Shown in pieces: positions 1 to 10,985 of a stretch of 64,000 nt of DNA; the first letter of the stretch is position 1, and every line of letters starts with the position of its first letter. Origin of the DNA: Squalus acanthias (taxonomy: Eukaryota); the NCBI GenBank assembly GCA_030390025.1, contig CM059431.1, positions 119,228,001 through 119,292,000 on the forward strand, written 5' to 3'. Under the pieces are notes generated by a model. It did not search any database and had not been told where the DNA came from. It saw nothing but the letters and a program-made list of their open reading frames with translations. The position numbers and the translations under genes were made by a program.

Positions 1-1058
1 CCTGGGGGTTGCTGTTAACCAGAAACTTAACTGGAGCAGCCACATAAATACTGTGGCAACAAGAGTAGGTCAGAGGCTGGGTATTTTCCGGCGGGTTCGA
101 ATCTGACCTCGGGTAACTGTCTGTGTGGAGTTTGCACATTCTCCCCGTGTCTGCGTGGGTTTCCTCCGGGTGCTCCGGTTTCCTCCCACAGTCCAAAAAT
201 GTGCGGGTTAGGTTGATTTGGTTATGATAAATTGACCCTTAGTGTTAGGGGGGGATTAAATATGTGGGGTTATGGGGATAGGATGGGATATGTTAGGGGG
301 AATTAAATACGTGGGGTTACGGGGATAGGGTGGGATCGGTGCAGGCTCGATGTGGGGATTCTGTGTGAGAGGGTAGGGACAGGGTACTGGATTTGGATGA
401 TCAGCCATGATCGTATTGAATGGTGGCGCAGGCTCGACGGGCCGAATGGCCTACTCCTGCTCCTAGTTTCTATGTTTCTATGTTTCTATCTCTTGACTCC
501 CCAAATTCTTTCCACCACCTACAAGGCACAAGTTAGGAGTGTGATGGAATATTCTCAACTTGCCTGGATGAGTGCAGTTCCAACAACACTCAAGAAACTC
601 AACACCATCCAGAACAAAGCAGCCCGCTTGATTGGCACCCCATCCAACACATTAAACATTCACTCTCTCCACCACTGGTGCACCATGGCTGCAGTGTGTA
701 CCATCTACAAGATGCACTGCAGCAACTTGCCAAGGCTTCATCGACAGCACCTCCTCAACCCGAATGACCTCTGCCACCTAGAAGGACAAGGGCAGCAGAC
801 GCATGGCAACACCATCACCTCCAAGTTCCCCTCCAAGTCACACACCATCCTGACTTGGAAATATATCGCTGTTTCTTCATCGTCACTGGGTCAAAATCCT
901 GGAACTCCCTACCTAACAACACTGTGGGAGTACCTTCACCACGCGGACTGCAGCGGTTCAAGAAGGTGGCTCACCACCACCTTAAAGGAGCAGTTAGGAA
1001 TGGGCAATAAATGCTGGCCTTGCCAGTGATGTCCATATCCCATAAATGAATAAAAAAA
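1..1058 (+). mobile_element. 3' fragment of a CR1/L2-group LINE (C-terminal ORF2 and tail), split by a SINE at ~93-489
   Basis: ORF 352-1029 contains YKAQVRSVMEYSQLAWMSAVPTTLKKLNTIQNKAARLIG. Near-identical sequence recurs at 47330-48700, 53045-54040 and 20160-20472. Ends ggcaataaatgctggccttgccagtgat...gaataaaaaaa. Confidence 0.85.
93..489 (+). mobile_element. 5'-truncated V-SINE (HE1-like) with CR1-derived 3' tail
   Basis: B-box remnant ggttcgaat, then V-domain tgtgtggagtttgcacattctccccgtgtctgcgtgggtttcctccgggtgctccggtttcctcccaca. The 3' end (gatcagccatgatc...ctcctgctcctag(tttctatg)n) matches the CR1 tail at 51135-51230. Confidence 0.8.
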
Positions 1059-1760
1059 GGACAACCAATGAAAAGGAAGAAGCATTCATCTTTTTGATCA
1101 GCGTTGAAGTATAATTAGAAGGCAGCGAAGCAAAGCCAGATATTTATTTTAAAAATGCTGTAGAATTGGGTAATCCAGAGTGAAGAAAGCGAGCTTTACA
1201 AGGGAGGAAATGTAAGACTTTCTGTAAGCACTCAGAGATTCATGGCCACAAGCACCCTCAGAAGCACTTGATGCATGAGGACTGAGAAGAGGTAGCTGAA
1301 AGGCAATATCTGTTAGCCTCCACATGTGTCTGACTCACTTGGTTGGCCTTTTCAAAGCACAGCCCAAGGAGCTCTAGCACCATGTGAATCTCAGCAGGCT
1401 GCCAGTGAAAGCTTGCAGCCAACCAGCATACATACTTCTTCCACTAAGAAATCAATTTGAAGAAGTTGTAGGCTAGGTTTTAGACATCACACACAATCTA
1501 CCAGCACAATGGGGAAGCACTGTGGGCAAAGCATTTTGACATCATTCACAAAGCACTCAAATTAATTAAATAAATTTGATGTACTTGATTTATACATTGT
1601 CTTTGTTACTGTACAGAATAATGCAGCACTATAACAAACAATGGGTAGTGATGACACTGTTGCTAAAGGTATTTTGAACCACTTTTATGGTACATGTGGG
1701 CAGCTCATGAATTTAGCTAAAAATATCTTGTAGAAGCATCTTGCACACCAGTCTTCCAGA

Positions 1761-2573
1761 TTACTCTGATATTTTAGGAACTACCACTTTATTTCCATTG
1801 TCTCCCTCCTGTGCTGGCTCGCTTTCTGGATTCTTTTCTTCCTCTTCGATGGTTTAGGACTCTTTGAACAGCAAAGTTATGGAGAATGCAACGCGCAGCA
1901 ATGGCCCAATGGCTTGTTAGACTCACCGTGGCAAAATCCTAGACTGATCGGAATCTCAGTAAAGTTCCTCAGCTTTGCAAATATTGCTGAAGCTTCTTGC
2001 TTTATCCCATCTTTGAAACTGGGGTGCTTGTTCTCACCAGATCTGCTCTGTGACCCCAACAACTTTTCTCCAGTCCCAGTTAGTGTGGTGATGATTCGAC
2101 TTCTCTCTCTCCACCTTCCTGAGATACTGCTCACACCAAGAATCTTTTAAAATAAAATTAATATTAATTCTAGAATCTGTAATTGGAATACAATAGGACT
2201 ATTTTTGTGATTATAATTAAATTAAATTTGAATATATTTGTAATTAATGACAGTTGGTTGTATTACTTACTTTATTAAATTGTTCTTTTCTTTCCTTTCC
2301 CCTATTTATATGGACTAAAGTCACTCACAGTGTCAGTTGCCAACTCCAGCTCCTCTCACAGTAACTCCACTGATAATGTGTAACCAGGGGCGTGAACCTG
2401 TCTCCAGGTGACATCACAAAGGAGCCAGGAGCCAATCGCACAGCAGCCAGGAAGTATGCCACAAAGCAGGCCAAGCCCCTCCCACTCGAGGTATTACATA
2501 GTCACATGGCCAAGCTCTGCTCCTGGTGTGCAGTCTCACTGGGCATGAATCCAGGTTGTACAATCAGTCCTGT
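1761..2573 (-). pseudogene. Putative degraded multi-exon gene of unknown product (exons ~2573-2329, 2143-1927, 1861-1761)
   Basis: Minus-strand AG acceptors and GTGAGT donors are phase-compatible (1/0, 0/1, 1). The middle exon is open (ILGVSSISGRWRERSRII...LRNFTEIPISLGFCH) and the last reads ES*TIEEEEKNPESEPAQEGDNGNKVVVPKISE*. Exons 1 and 3 have in-frame stops. Confidence 0.35.
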
Positions 2574-2848
2574 CTGAAACCCTGCTCCCATGTATTAAGG
2601 CACCAGTACTGAGCACAGACTCCCAAAATTACCAATTCTAATTTCTTCCTCCCATCCTCCAAATCTAAGGTCCCACTATTCAATGGCCCCCATGTCTACC
2701 TCTTGCTTTATATAACCAAAAGTCTCCTCCCGCTCTTTATATCATGATGTGGAGATGCCGGTGTTGGACTGGGGTGGACAAATGTGAGAAGTCACACAAC
2801 ACCAGGTTATAGTCCAACAGTTTTATTTGAAATCACAAGCTTTCGGAC

Positions 2849-3622
2849 GAGGAGGAACGCGATGGACACCTACAGACGCTGAAAGACGCCCTCGTAAGAA
2901 CGGGATATGACGCTCGACTTGTCGATCGACAGTTCCGATGGGCCACAACGAAAAATCGCATAGACCTCCTCAGAAGACGAACACGGGACACAACCAACAG
3001 AGTACTCTACGTCGTCCAGTACTTCCCCGGAGCGGAGAAACTACGCCATGTTCTTCGCAGCCTTCAACATGTCATCGATGATGATGAACACTTCGCTAAG
3101 GCCATCCCCACGCCTCCACTACTCGCCTTCAAACAGCCACCTAACCTCAAACAGACCATCGTTCGCAGCAAATTACCCAGCTTTCAGGAGAACAGCGACC
3201 ACGACACCACACAACCCTGCCACGGCAACCTCTGCAAGACATGCCAGATCATCAACACGGACACCACCATCACACGTGAGGATACCACCCACCAGGTACA
3301 TGGTACATACTCATGTGACTCGGCCAACGTTGTCTACCTCATACGTTGCAGGAAAGGATGCATCAGCGAGACCATGCAGACACTGCGACAACGTATGAAC
3401 GGACACCGCGCAGCAATCGCCAGGCAGGAGTGTTCCCTCCCAGTCGGGGAACACTTCAGCAGTCAAGGACATTCATCCTCCGATCTTCGGGTAAGCGTTC
3501 TCCAAGGCGGCCTTCGAGACACACGACAACGCAAAATTGTCGAGCAGAAACTGATAGCCAAGTTCCGCACCCATGAGGACGGCCTCAACTGGGATCTTGG
3601 GTTCATGTCACGCTACATGTAA
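2849..3622 (+). pseudogene. Penelope-like RT C-terminus/linker plus GIY-YIG endonuclease (5'-truncated, open frame)
   Basis: Stop-free frame EEERDGHLQTLKDALVRTGY...PCHGNLCKTC...CDSANVVYLIRCRKGCISETMQTLRQRMNGHR...PVGEHF...EQKLIAKF...GLN. The YIG half-motif appears deleted. Confidence 0.88.
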
Positions 3623-3929
3623 CCCCACCTGACGTAGAGTCATCCAGACTCGAGTCGTCGTTGGCTTGTTCTCTTTACACAGATGCGGCCGGACCTGCTG
3701 TGTTTTCCAGCAATAAAAGTTTTTTGTTTTCCATACAGACCCCAGCATCTGCCACATTGTCTTTGATGTAATGTTTTGCTGACTGACCTGTTTGGACACC
3801 ATCCACACCTTTGATTGCCGTGATTGTCTCTCTGCCGAGGTGTGATAAAGGGCAGTTGGAAAGATTAACTGTAATCATCTGGCTGTGTTCTCTGACTATA
3901 TATGCTGTGCCTATATGTATCTCTTCACT

Positions 3930-3966
3930 TCACCTGACGAAGGAGCAGCGCTCCGAAAGCTTGTGA
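3930..3966 (+). ncRNA. Minimal (dimeric-type) hammerhead ribozyme in Penelope pLTR
   Basis: tcac-CTGACGA-aGGAGcagcgCTCC-GAAA-gc-TT-gtga: stem I tcac/gtga, intact core, stem II hairpin, palindromic AGCT stem III. Confidence 0.8.
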
Positions 3967-6297
3967 TTTCAAATAAAACTGTTGGACTATAACCTGGTGT
4001 TGTGTGACTTCTCACTCTTTATATCAGGCAGCGTTTCTCCCTCCTGCTCTGGCAATGAGATGCAGCTGGAGGGAATCATGTATGGGATGAGGCAGGGATC
4101 TTAGAACCTTCTCTGTGCTCTGAAACTAGTATAATCCCTGTAACAGGAAGGGGCATCAATAGTGATAATCAGGGGTATCATCATGGGTAACAAGAGGTGG
4201 GACCATTGGAGCAATAAAAGGAGTTGGCATCATCGGCAATAATGCAGTTAAGCTCCTTCTAAACTGTCCCATCAAACAATTCCAGGCCAGGTACAGCACA
4301 ATTTGGATGCAATGTAAACAGCCAACTCAGATACAGCATGTGTTAAATGCAGCGTACAGCTCCTCTGACACTACACAATGAAGCACGCCAGCTCAGGTAC
4401 AGCATGGGATGAATACAGAATAATAATCCCTCTACATGCAAGTTTCAAGCACTCTCAGTTGTGGAATGGACTAGCTTTATACACAAGTTAAGCTCCATTC
4501 AACTTGTCACATCAAAGGCCGAGTCATATGGCATCTATCAAAGAAGCTCACCTCAGCAAAATCCTGGTCTGATGGGAATATCAGTAAAGTTCCTCACTTT
4601 TACAATCATTGCTGAAGCTTCTAGTTTTATCCTGTCTTTGAAACTGGGGGTTTTGGTCCCACCAGATCTGCTCTGTGAAACCAGAGACATTAGTCCAGTC
4701 CCAGTTCGTGTGGTGATGATTTGACTTCTCTCTCTCCACCTTCCTGAGATACTGCTCACTCCAAGAATCTTTTAATATAAATGTGATTAATATTAATTCT
4801 AGGATCTGTAACTTCAATACAGTGTGACTATTTTTGTGACTGATTATATTAAATTTGAATACATTTGTAATCAATGGCATTTAGTTGAATTACTTACCTT
4901 TATTATTGGGCGCTGTGAGCCCAGCAATCCTTCTCCAGTCCCAGTTAGTGTGGTGATGATTCGACTTCTCTCTCTCCACCTTCCTGAGATACTGCTCACA
5001 CCAAGAATCTTTTAAAATAAAATTAATATAAATTCTATAATCTGTAATTGGAATACAATAGGACTATTTTTGTGATTATGATTAAATTTAATTTCAATAT
5101 ATTTGTAATTAATGACAGTTGGTTGTATTACTTACTTTATTGAATTGTTCTTTTCTTTCCTTTCCCCTATTTATACGGACTAAACTCACTCACATTGTCA
5201 GCTGCCAACTCCAGCTCCTCCCACAGTAATTCCACTGATAATGTGTAACCAGGGGTGTGAATCTGTCTCCAAGTGACATCACAAAGGAACCAGGAGCCAA
5301 ACACACGGCAGCCAGGAAGTATGTCACAGAGCAGGCCAAGCCCCTCCCACTCGAGTTATTACATGGCCACATGACCAGGCTCTGCTCCTGGTGTGCAGTC
5401 TCACTGGGTATGAATGCAGGTTGTACAATCAGTCCTGTTGCGACCCCGCTCCCATGTACTGAGACACCAGTACTGAGCACAGACTCCCAAAATTACCACT
5501 TATAAATTCACCCTCCCATCCTCCAAAACTGAGATCCCACTATTCAATGTTATCTCATGTCTACCTCTTGCTTTACATACTTGAAATTCTCCCCTCTCTT
5601 TATATTAGGCAGTGTGTGTCCCTCCTGCGCTGGTAGTGAGAGGCAACTTAAGAATTGTATATGGGATAAGGCAGGGATATTACAATCTTCTCTGTGCTCT
5701 AAAACTAATATATTCCTGTAACAGGAAGTGGAGTCAATAGTGATAATCAGGGGTATCATCACGAGGTGGGACCATCGGAGCAATAAAAGACATCTGCATC
5801 ATAGGCAATGGGGTTAAGCTCCTTCTACACTGTCCTATCAAACACTCCCAAGGCCAGGTGCAGCACGTGTTAGATACAGGGTAAAGCTCCCTCTGAACCG
5901 TCCCATCAAACAACTCCAGATCAGGTACAGAACAAGTTGAATGCAGTGCAAACAACCAACTCAGATACAACATGTATTAAATGCAGCACACAGTTCCTCT
6001 GACACTACCCAAAAAAGCACATGAGCTCAGGTATAGCATGCGATGACTACAAAGTAAAAATGTCTCTACATGTAAGTTGCAAGCCCTTTCAGGTGAGATG
6101 TTGGCTAGCTTTACACACGAGTTAGGCTTCATTCAACTTGTCGCATCAAAGGCCGAGCCTAATGGCATCTATCAAAGAAGCTTGGAGTAGCTGGTTAGAC
6201 TCTCATCTCAGCAAAATTGTGGACTGATGGGAATCTCAGTAAAGTTCCTCAGCTTTACAAACTTTGCTGAAGCTTCTTCTTTTATCCAGTCTTTGAT

Positions 6298-6697
6298 GGG
6301 TACAGTAGCATAGTGGTTATGTTACTGGATTAGAGGCCTGGATTAATGATTCAGAGACGTGAGTTCAAATCCCACCACAGGCAGCTGGGGAATTTAAATT
6401 TAATTAATTAAATCTGGAATTAAAAACTAGTATCAGTAATGGTGACCATGAAACTGCGGATTTTCGTAAAAAACCATCTGGCTCACTAATGACCTTTAGG
6501 GAAAGAAATCAGCCGTCCTTACCCGGTCTGGCCTATATGTGACTCCAGACCCACAGCTATGTGGTTGACTCTTAACTGCCCTCTGCGGTTCATGAAGGCA
6601 GCTCACCACCACCTTCTCAAGGGCAATTGAGGATGGGCAATAAATGCTGGCCTTGCCAGCGATGCCCACATCCCATGAACGAATAAATAAAAAAAAA
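6298..6697 (+). mobile_element. tRNA-derived SINE sharing the 3' tail of the local CR1/L2-group LINE
   Basis: A-box-like tagcatagtggtta and B-box gagttcaaatcc. The tail matches 955-1058 and ends in poly(A). It interrupts gtctttga|aactgggg, which is intact in the paralogous copy at ~4635-4650. Relatives at 39429-39830 and 46990-47200. Confidence 0.8.
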
Positions 6698-8648
6698 CTG
6701 GGGGTCTTGGTCCGACCAGATCTGTTCTGTGAACCCAGCATCCTTTCTCAAGTTGCAATAAGTGTGGTGATGATTCAAGTTCTCTCCAAGAATCTTTTAA
6801 TATAAAAATGATTAATATTAATTCTAGAATCTGTAACTAGAATAAAGTGGGACTATTTTTGTGACTATAATTATAATTAATTTGAATATATTTGTAATTA
6901 TTGAAATTTTTTTGAATGACTTACCTTTAATATTAAATTGTTCTTTTCCTTCCTTTCCCCTATTTACATGGACTAAAGTCACTCACAGTGTCAGCTACCA
7001 ACTCCAGCCCCTCCCACAGTAACTCCACTGATGATGTGTAACCAGGGGCATGAACCTGTCGCCAGGTGACATCACAAAGGTGCCAGCAGCCAATCACACG
7101 GCAGCCAGGAACTATGTCACAAAGCAGCCCAACCCCCTCCCATTCAAGGGGTTACATGGCCACATGGCCAGGCTCTGCTCCTGGTGTGCAGTCTCATTGG
7201 GTATGAACGCAGGTTGTACAATCAGTCCTGTCTGTGACCCTCGCTTCATGGAATAAAATACCAGGCAGGCCATGTTAGCAGCTGAACATCATAACTGTGC
7301 TCCAGCTCCAAGACTACCCATGAGTAGCACCACAGGAGATCGCTTAAAATATATTATAAATATTCTGCTCCAGATGTAGTAGTTACTTTTGTTCAAATTA
7401 GTGTACACTCCAAAAATTACACCTTCCATCATTGCAAATTGCTTTTATCAGTCTTCTTTCAAGGTAATTAATTGTCTCAAAGCTTTTTAAATGGAGGTTT
7501 TATTTTGTAAAATTCTACTTCACTGAATCTTCCCCCATACTTCAAGCGTGAAGCAATTCGATTCATCTATAATTATTTGCTGTTAAGCCTCAAAACACTG
7601 AAAAAAGCTGAAGATAGCTGACTATCAGGATACTTCTTCTGCGTAAGTTGGGGACGTCACATGCTCTCATTGAAAAGCCTCACGGTATCTGCAGTATACC
7701 TTCATTTTTTGTTTTCACAATATTTTGTATGTTTTTATAGACTAACAATCTATACTTTCTGTTATTACATTAACTTAAGCATGGCAAAATACTGCAGATG
7801 CTGGAAATCTGAAATAAAAACAGAAAATGCTGGCAACACTCAGCAGGTCAGGCAGCATCTGTGGAGAGAGAAACAGGGGGGGAATTTTCTGGGGGGGGGG
7901 TCAGCGGGTGCGATTGGTGGTGGGTCGGGTGTGTAAATGGATTTTTTTGACACCAGATCGGGACCCTACTGTCAACCCACTGCCACACGCGTTCCCCAAA
8001 TGTCGAGTCTGTCAGCGTTGAGCAGACCTGACACAGCAGCGGGGGAGGGAATTAAGGTCATTATGACCTTGTTAACAAAGCATTAAGAACTATTTTCAGC
8101 TCACCTTCAGAGTCTACCAGGTCATCCATGGGATCCACGCTGCTCGGGGATCACGTCAGGTAAGCAGGGTGGGAGTTGAATGATCATGGAATGATCTCAT
8201 TACTTGACAGCTGTAAATGTGCTATAAAAGCTCCCATTTCACAGCTGTTCACTTTCCAAGCTCAGAAGCTGTTGCTTACTGCATTTGGAAGACAGATTGA
8301 GCTTTATGCAGGTTGCAAGTGTTTGGAGCAAACTCTCTATTAAGTGTCACCTCATTGGAACAACCTCTCTCACTATTGACAGATCACTTCTGTCATCTCA
8401 AGTTCACCTGCCGACTATTACATCAGAATGGGTACGGTTTATACTGTCTCACCATGGTCCTCAGAATCGGACTACGATCAGCCACAACACTAGCAGAACC
8501 AGGCACACCAGCAGCACCAACAACAACACCAACCTTCTCCGCAATCAACTGATGCTGCACAGGACACAGGGCATCAGCACCCGAGCACATTGTTGCCCGG
8601 GACGCCAGGGATGGTCTCACCATGGCCAGATTTACTTCATTTGACGCC

Positions 8649-10292
8649 TGTAAGGGGTTTCGGTTCGTAGGGTGCTTGTGCGGGGTTAGGCCTTCGTTGC
8701 CTAATACTATTGCTTGCTCTGGTCGCCAACCAGCCTTGTTGCAATAAGCACCTGTGAGTGGTTCGACCCACTCGCCCTTACGGTTCTAACACTGGACTTA
8801 GGTGCGAGAGCAGTAATGCAGAGAAAAACTCAAATAGACCCGGTTGAATAGTACGAAATGGAAATCTTTATTGCATAACGTCCAAAATCATGAAGTACAT
8901 GTCATAGGCACAAATTAATGACAGTACAAGTATACATACATTCATAAAACTTGGTCTAGGGTAATGAGGAACGCACGGCACATCGTAAAAAGGGGAACAC
9001 ATTATATTTATCCTTAATAAAATCTACCCTCCCCTATCAATACCTACACTAATCTAGATTTGTAGGATCGAGGAAACATGCTCACCACTCGTGATACTTC
9101 GGAGAATTTTAAACGAGGCACTCGGCTTGTTTCGCTGCAACACCTGACTGTCACGTGTTGGAAGGGGTCTCTGTACCCCACTTGTTTATCTTCTCTGCTC
9201 CGGCTAGCAGGCTGGGCTCCCCGTTGTCATGAAGAACTCGACAGTGCTCGGGGCCCGGTTCGAAGAAGAGTCTTCCTGTGTCCGACACCGGTTGTCGGTA
9301 GAATTCAAAGAAGAGTCTTTGACCAGTTGATGCAGTAACCTATAGAGTTCAAAAATGGTCTATATATTTTTGGGCGCGGTCGGGGTTTACTGACCGCGGC
9401 GGCACGTGGATTCTTCTTCTTCTCTTCTCATCTCGTCTCTTCGGGCCTTCGGGTCCGGACACCGTTTACCGACCCTCGGGATGGTGCACCCGGTCACTGG
9501 CCTCCGTTGAGGCGGCTCGTTCCAAATTGAGCTCCACCCAACATAGGAGAATAAAAGTTCAGCCCGCGTCCAGAGTCAGTTCAAACGAATCAGCCCCGGA
9601 AGGATCAGAGGAATAAGAGAGTTCAGCAGCCAGCAGCGAGATAAGAGAGTCAAGAGACCGATGGACATTTGTTCACTATAGTTATAGTGCTGTGTTCCCT
9701 TATCTCCCGCCCAAATCTTAATGTTCATCCTTTGTAAAATCTTGGCGCTCAAAATTCCCAGTATGGGGTGATTCTTGTTTGTAATGGGTTTCGGTAGCAC
9801 CTTAAACTGGCCAACTACCCGTTAATGTTTTTCCCATTGTCGAACCGGCTAGGAGCCTCCCTGGCGGTGTTTTGGGGGCCTCCGAATACTTGTGTAAGTA
9901 CCCGAGAATGGCTCTCTCATTGTAGAGCCGTGGGGAATTTGCGTATTGATGTGTCTGGATGGGCCTTCGATTGCCCATTACAATGGTCCTTACTTGTGCA
10001 TGGAAAATGATTCCAGCACTTATATCTTTGCTATTGTGTCAAATGCAGACAGGTTGCATCCTGTCTTTATCAGTGTTTGCTGCGTATTAACCAATCTTAT
10101 CCTGAAATGTTTATTCGAACGCCATCTTGTCTGCCCACTGAAAATTCTGGAAGCTTCTGCCACGAGGCACGGCGCCCATTTTACAGGCTTCTGTGTCCTG
10201 TTTAATCATGACAGCATTTCGTTGAAATAAAACTGATGAAACAAATCTGCTTTATTTCGTTATTTCGAATCGCGATAATTGCGAATTTTACA
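8649..10292 (-). mobile_element. Solo LTR, 1644 bp (copy 1), 4-bp TSD cgcc
   Basis: Termini TGTAA...TTACA; cgcc at 8645-8648 and 10293-10296. Colinear in reverse complement with 24151-25816. Minus-strand TATATA at 9361-9366 and AATAAA at 8867-8872. Confidence 0.9.
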
Positions 10293-10767
10293 CGCCGTAC
10301 ACCCTGGCTGCCACATGATGTGCCAGGTTGGCACCACCCCACAGCAACACCATAAAGCACCCCTACAATGTCCAAGCCATTCCTTTCACACTCATCACCA
10401 TTGCGGAAGGTACCATTATGTCTCACCATTCACTGCATCTCACTAAGCCACTTCCAAAGGTGCACACAAATCTGTCCAAGAATGGAAAGTGTTGAAAATA
10501 AAGGTTTCAATGTTTGACAGCACATTAACAGAAACTTTACATGAACATTGCATAAAACACTCAAGCGCCTACCCTTGTGTGTTGTTAGTTTGTATGCTTG
10601 CACTAGGATGAGGGTGAGTGTGACGGGTGGCTAGTGAGATGGTGGAAGTGATAATGTAGATAGAGAGGGATGGGTGGAGGTGCAAGATAAGTTGGTGTGA
10701 GTAAGGATGTGCAGGAGTAGGGGATGTGATGAGAGGCACAGCAGGATGAGATTCAGCATGCTAATGT

Positions 10768-10985
10768 TTTGTGATCTACTGAGATCATTGAAAGGTTTGA
10801 GTCACTGCAGCCTGGTCCTCCTGATGACATCCCTGCTTGTGCCCTCCTGTGCAATGTGTAACCAGGCTGTGTTGGTCTCCCGGGGAGGTCTCTTCCACCC
10901 ATTGGAAGGGAAGAGAACCTTCCTGCGTGCTGTGACTCCCATCCTAAGCATATGGAGGGAGTCATTGGAGAGCCTGGGTGCAGTG
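10768..10985 (-). pseudogene. Harbinger Myb/SANT-domain exon remnant
   Basis: APRLSNDSLHMLRMGVTARRKVLFPSNGWKRPPRETNTAWLHIAQEGTSRDVIRRTRLQ*LKPFNDL aligns by eye with the Myb/SANT exon 1 at 27607-27843. Confidence 0.75.

Larger units (their letters stand above)
2745..4014 (+). mobile_element. 5'-truncated Penelope-like retroelement with inverted 5' pLTR and ~12-bp TSD
   Basis: TSD ctctttatatca at 2733-2744 and 4015-4026; the empty site is visible in the paralogous unit near 5597. Perfect 64-bp inverted repeat at 2784-2847 / 3952-4015. GIY-YIG frame inside. Confidence 0.92.
1912..7260. repeat. Tandem triplication of a ~1.35-kb unit (copies start near 1912, 4545 and 6190; extra partial duplication ~4912-5100)
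   Basis: Blocks such as tcagtaaagttcctca and ggtgtgcagtctca...ggttgtacaatcagtcctgt recur three times. Copy 1 carries a Penelope insertion and copy 3 a SINE. Confidence 0.9.

Noticed and set aside
1927..2573. Immunoglobulin V-like or apolipoprotein-L-like identity for the triplicated exons
   Set aside because: Only vague resemblance needing several frameshifts; no canonical Cys/Trp pattern or recombination signal sequences.
6298..6380. tRNA gene
   Set aside because: A/B-box-like motifs form a SINE head; no cloverleaf, and SINE body and LINE tail follow.
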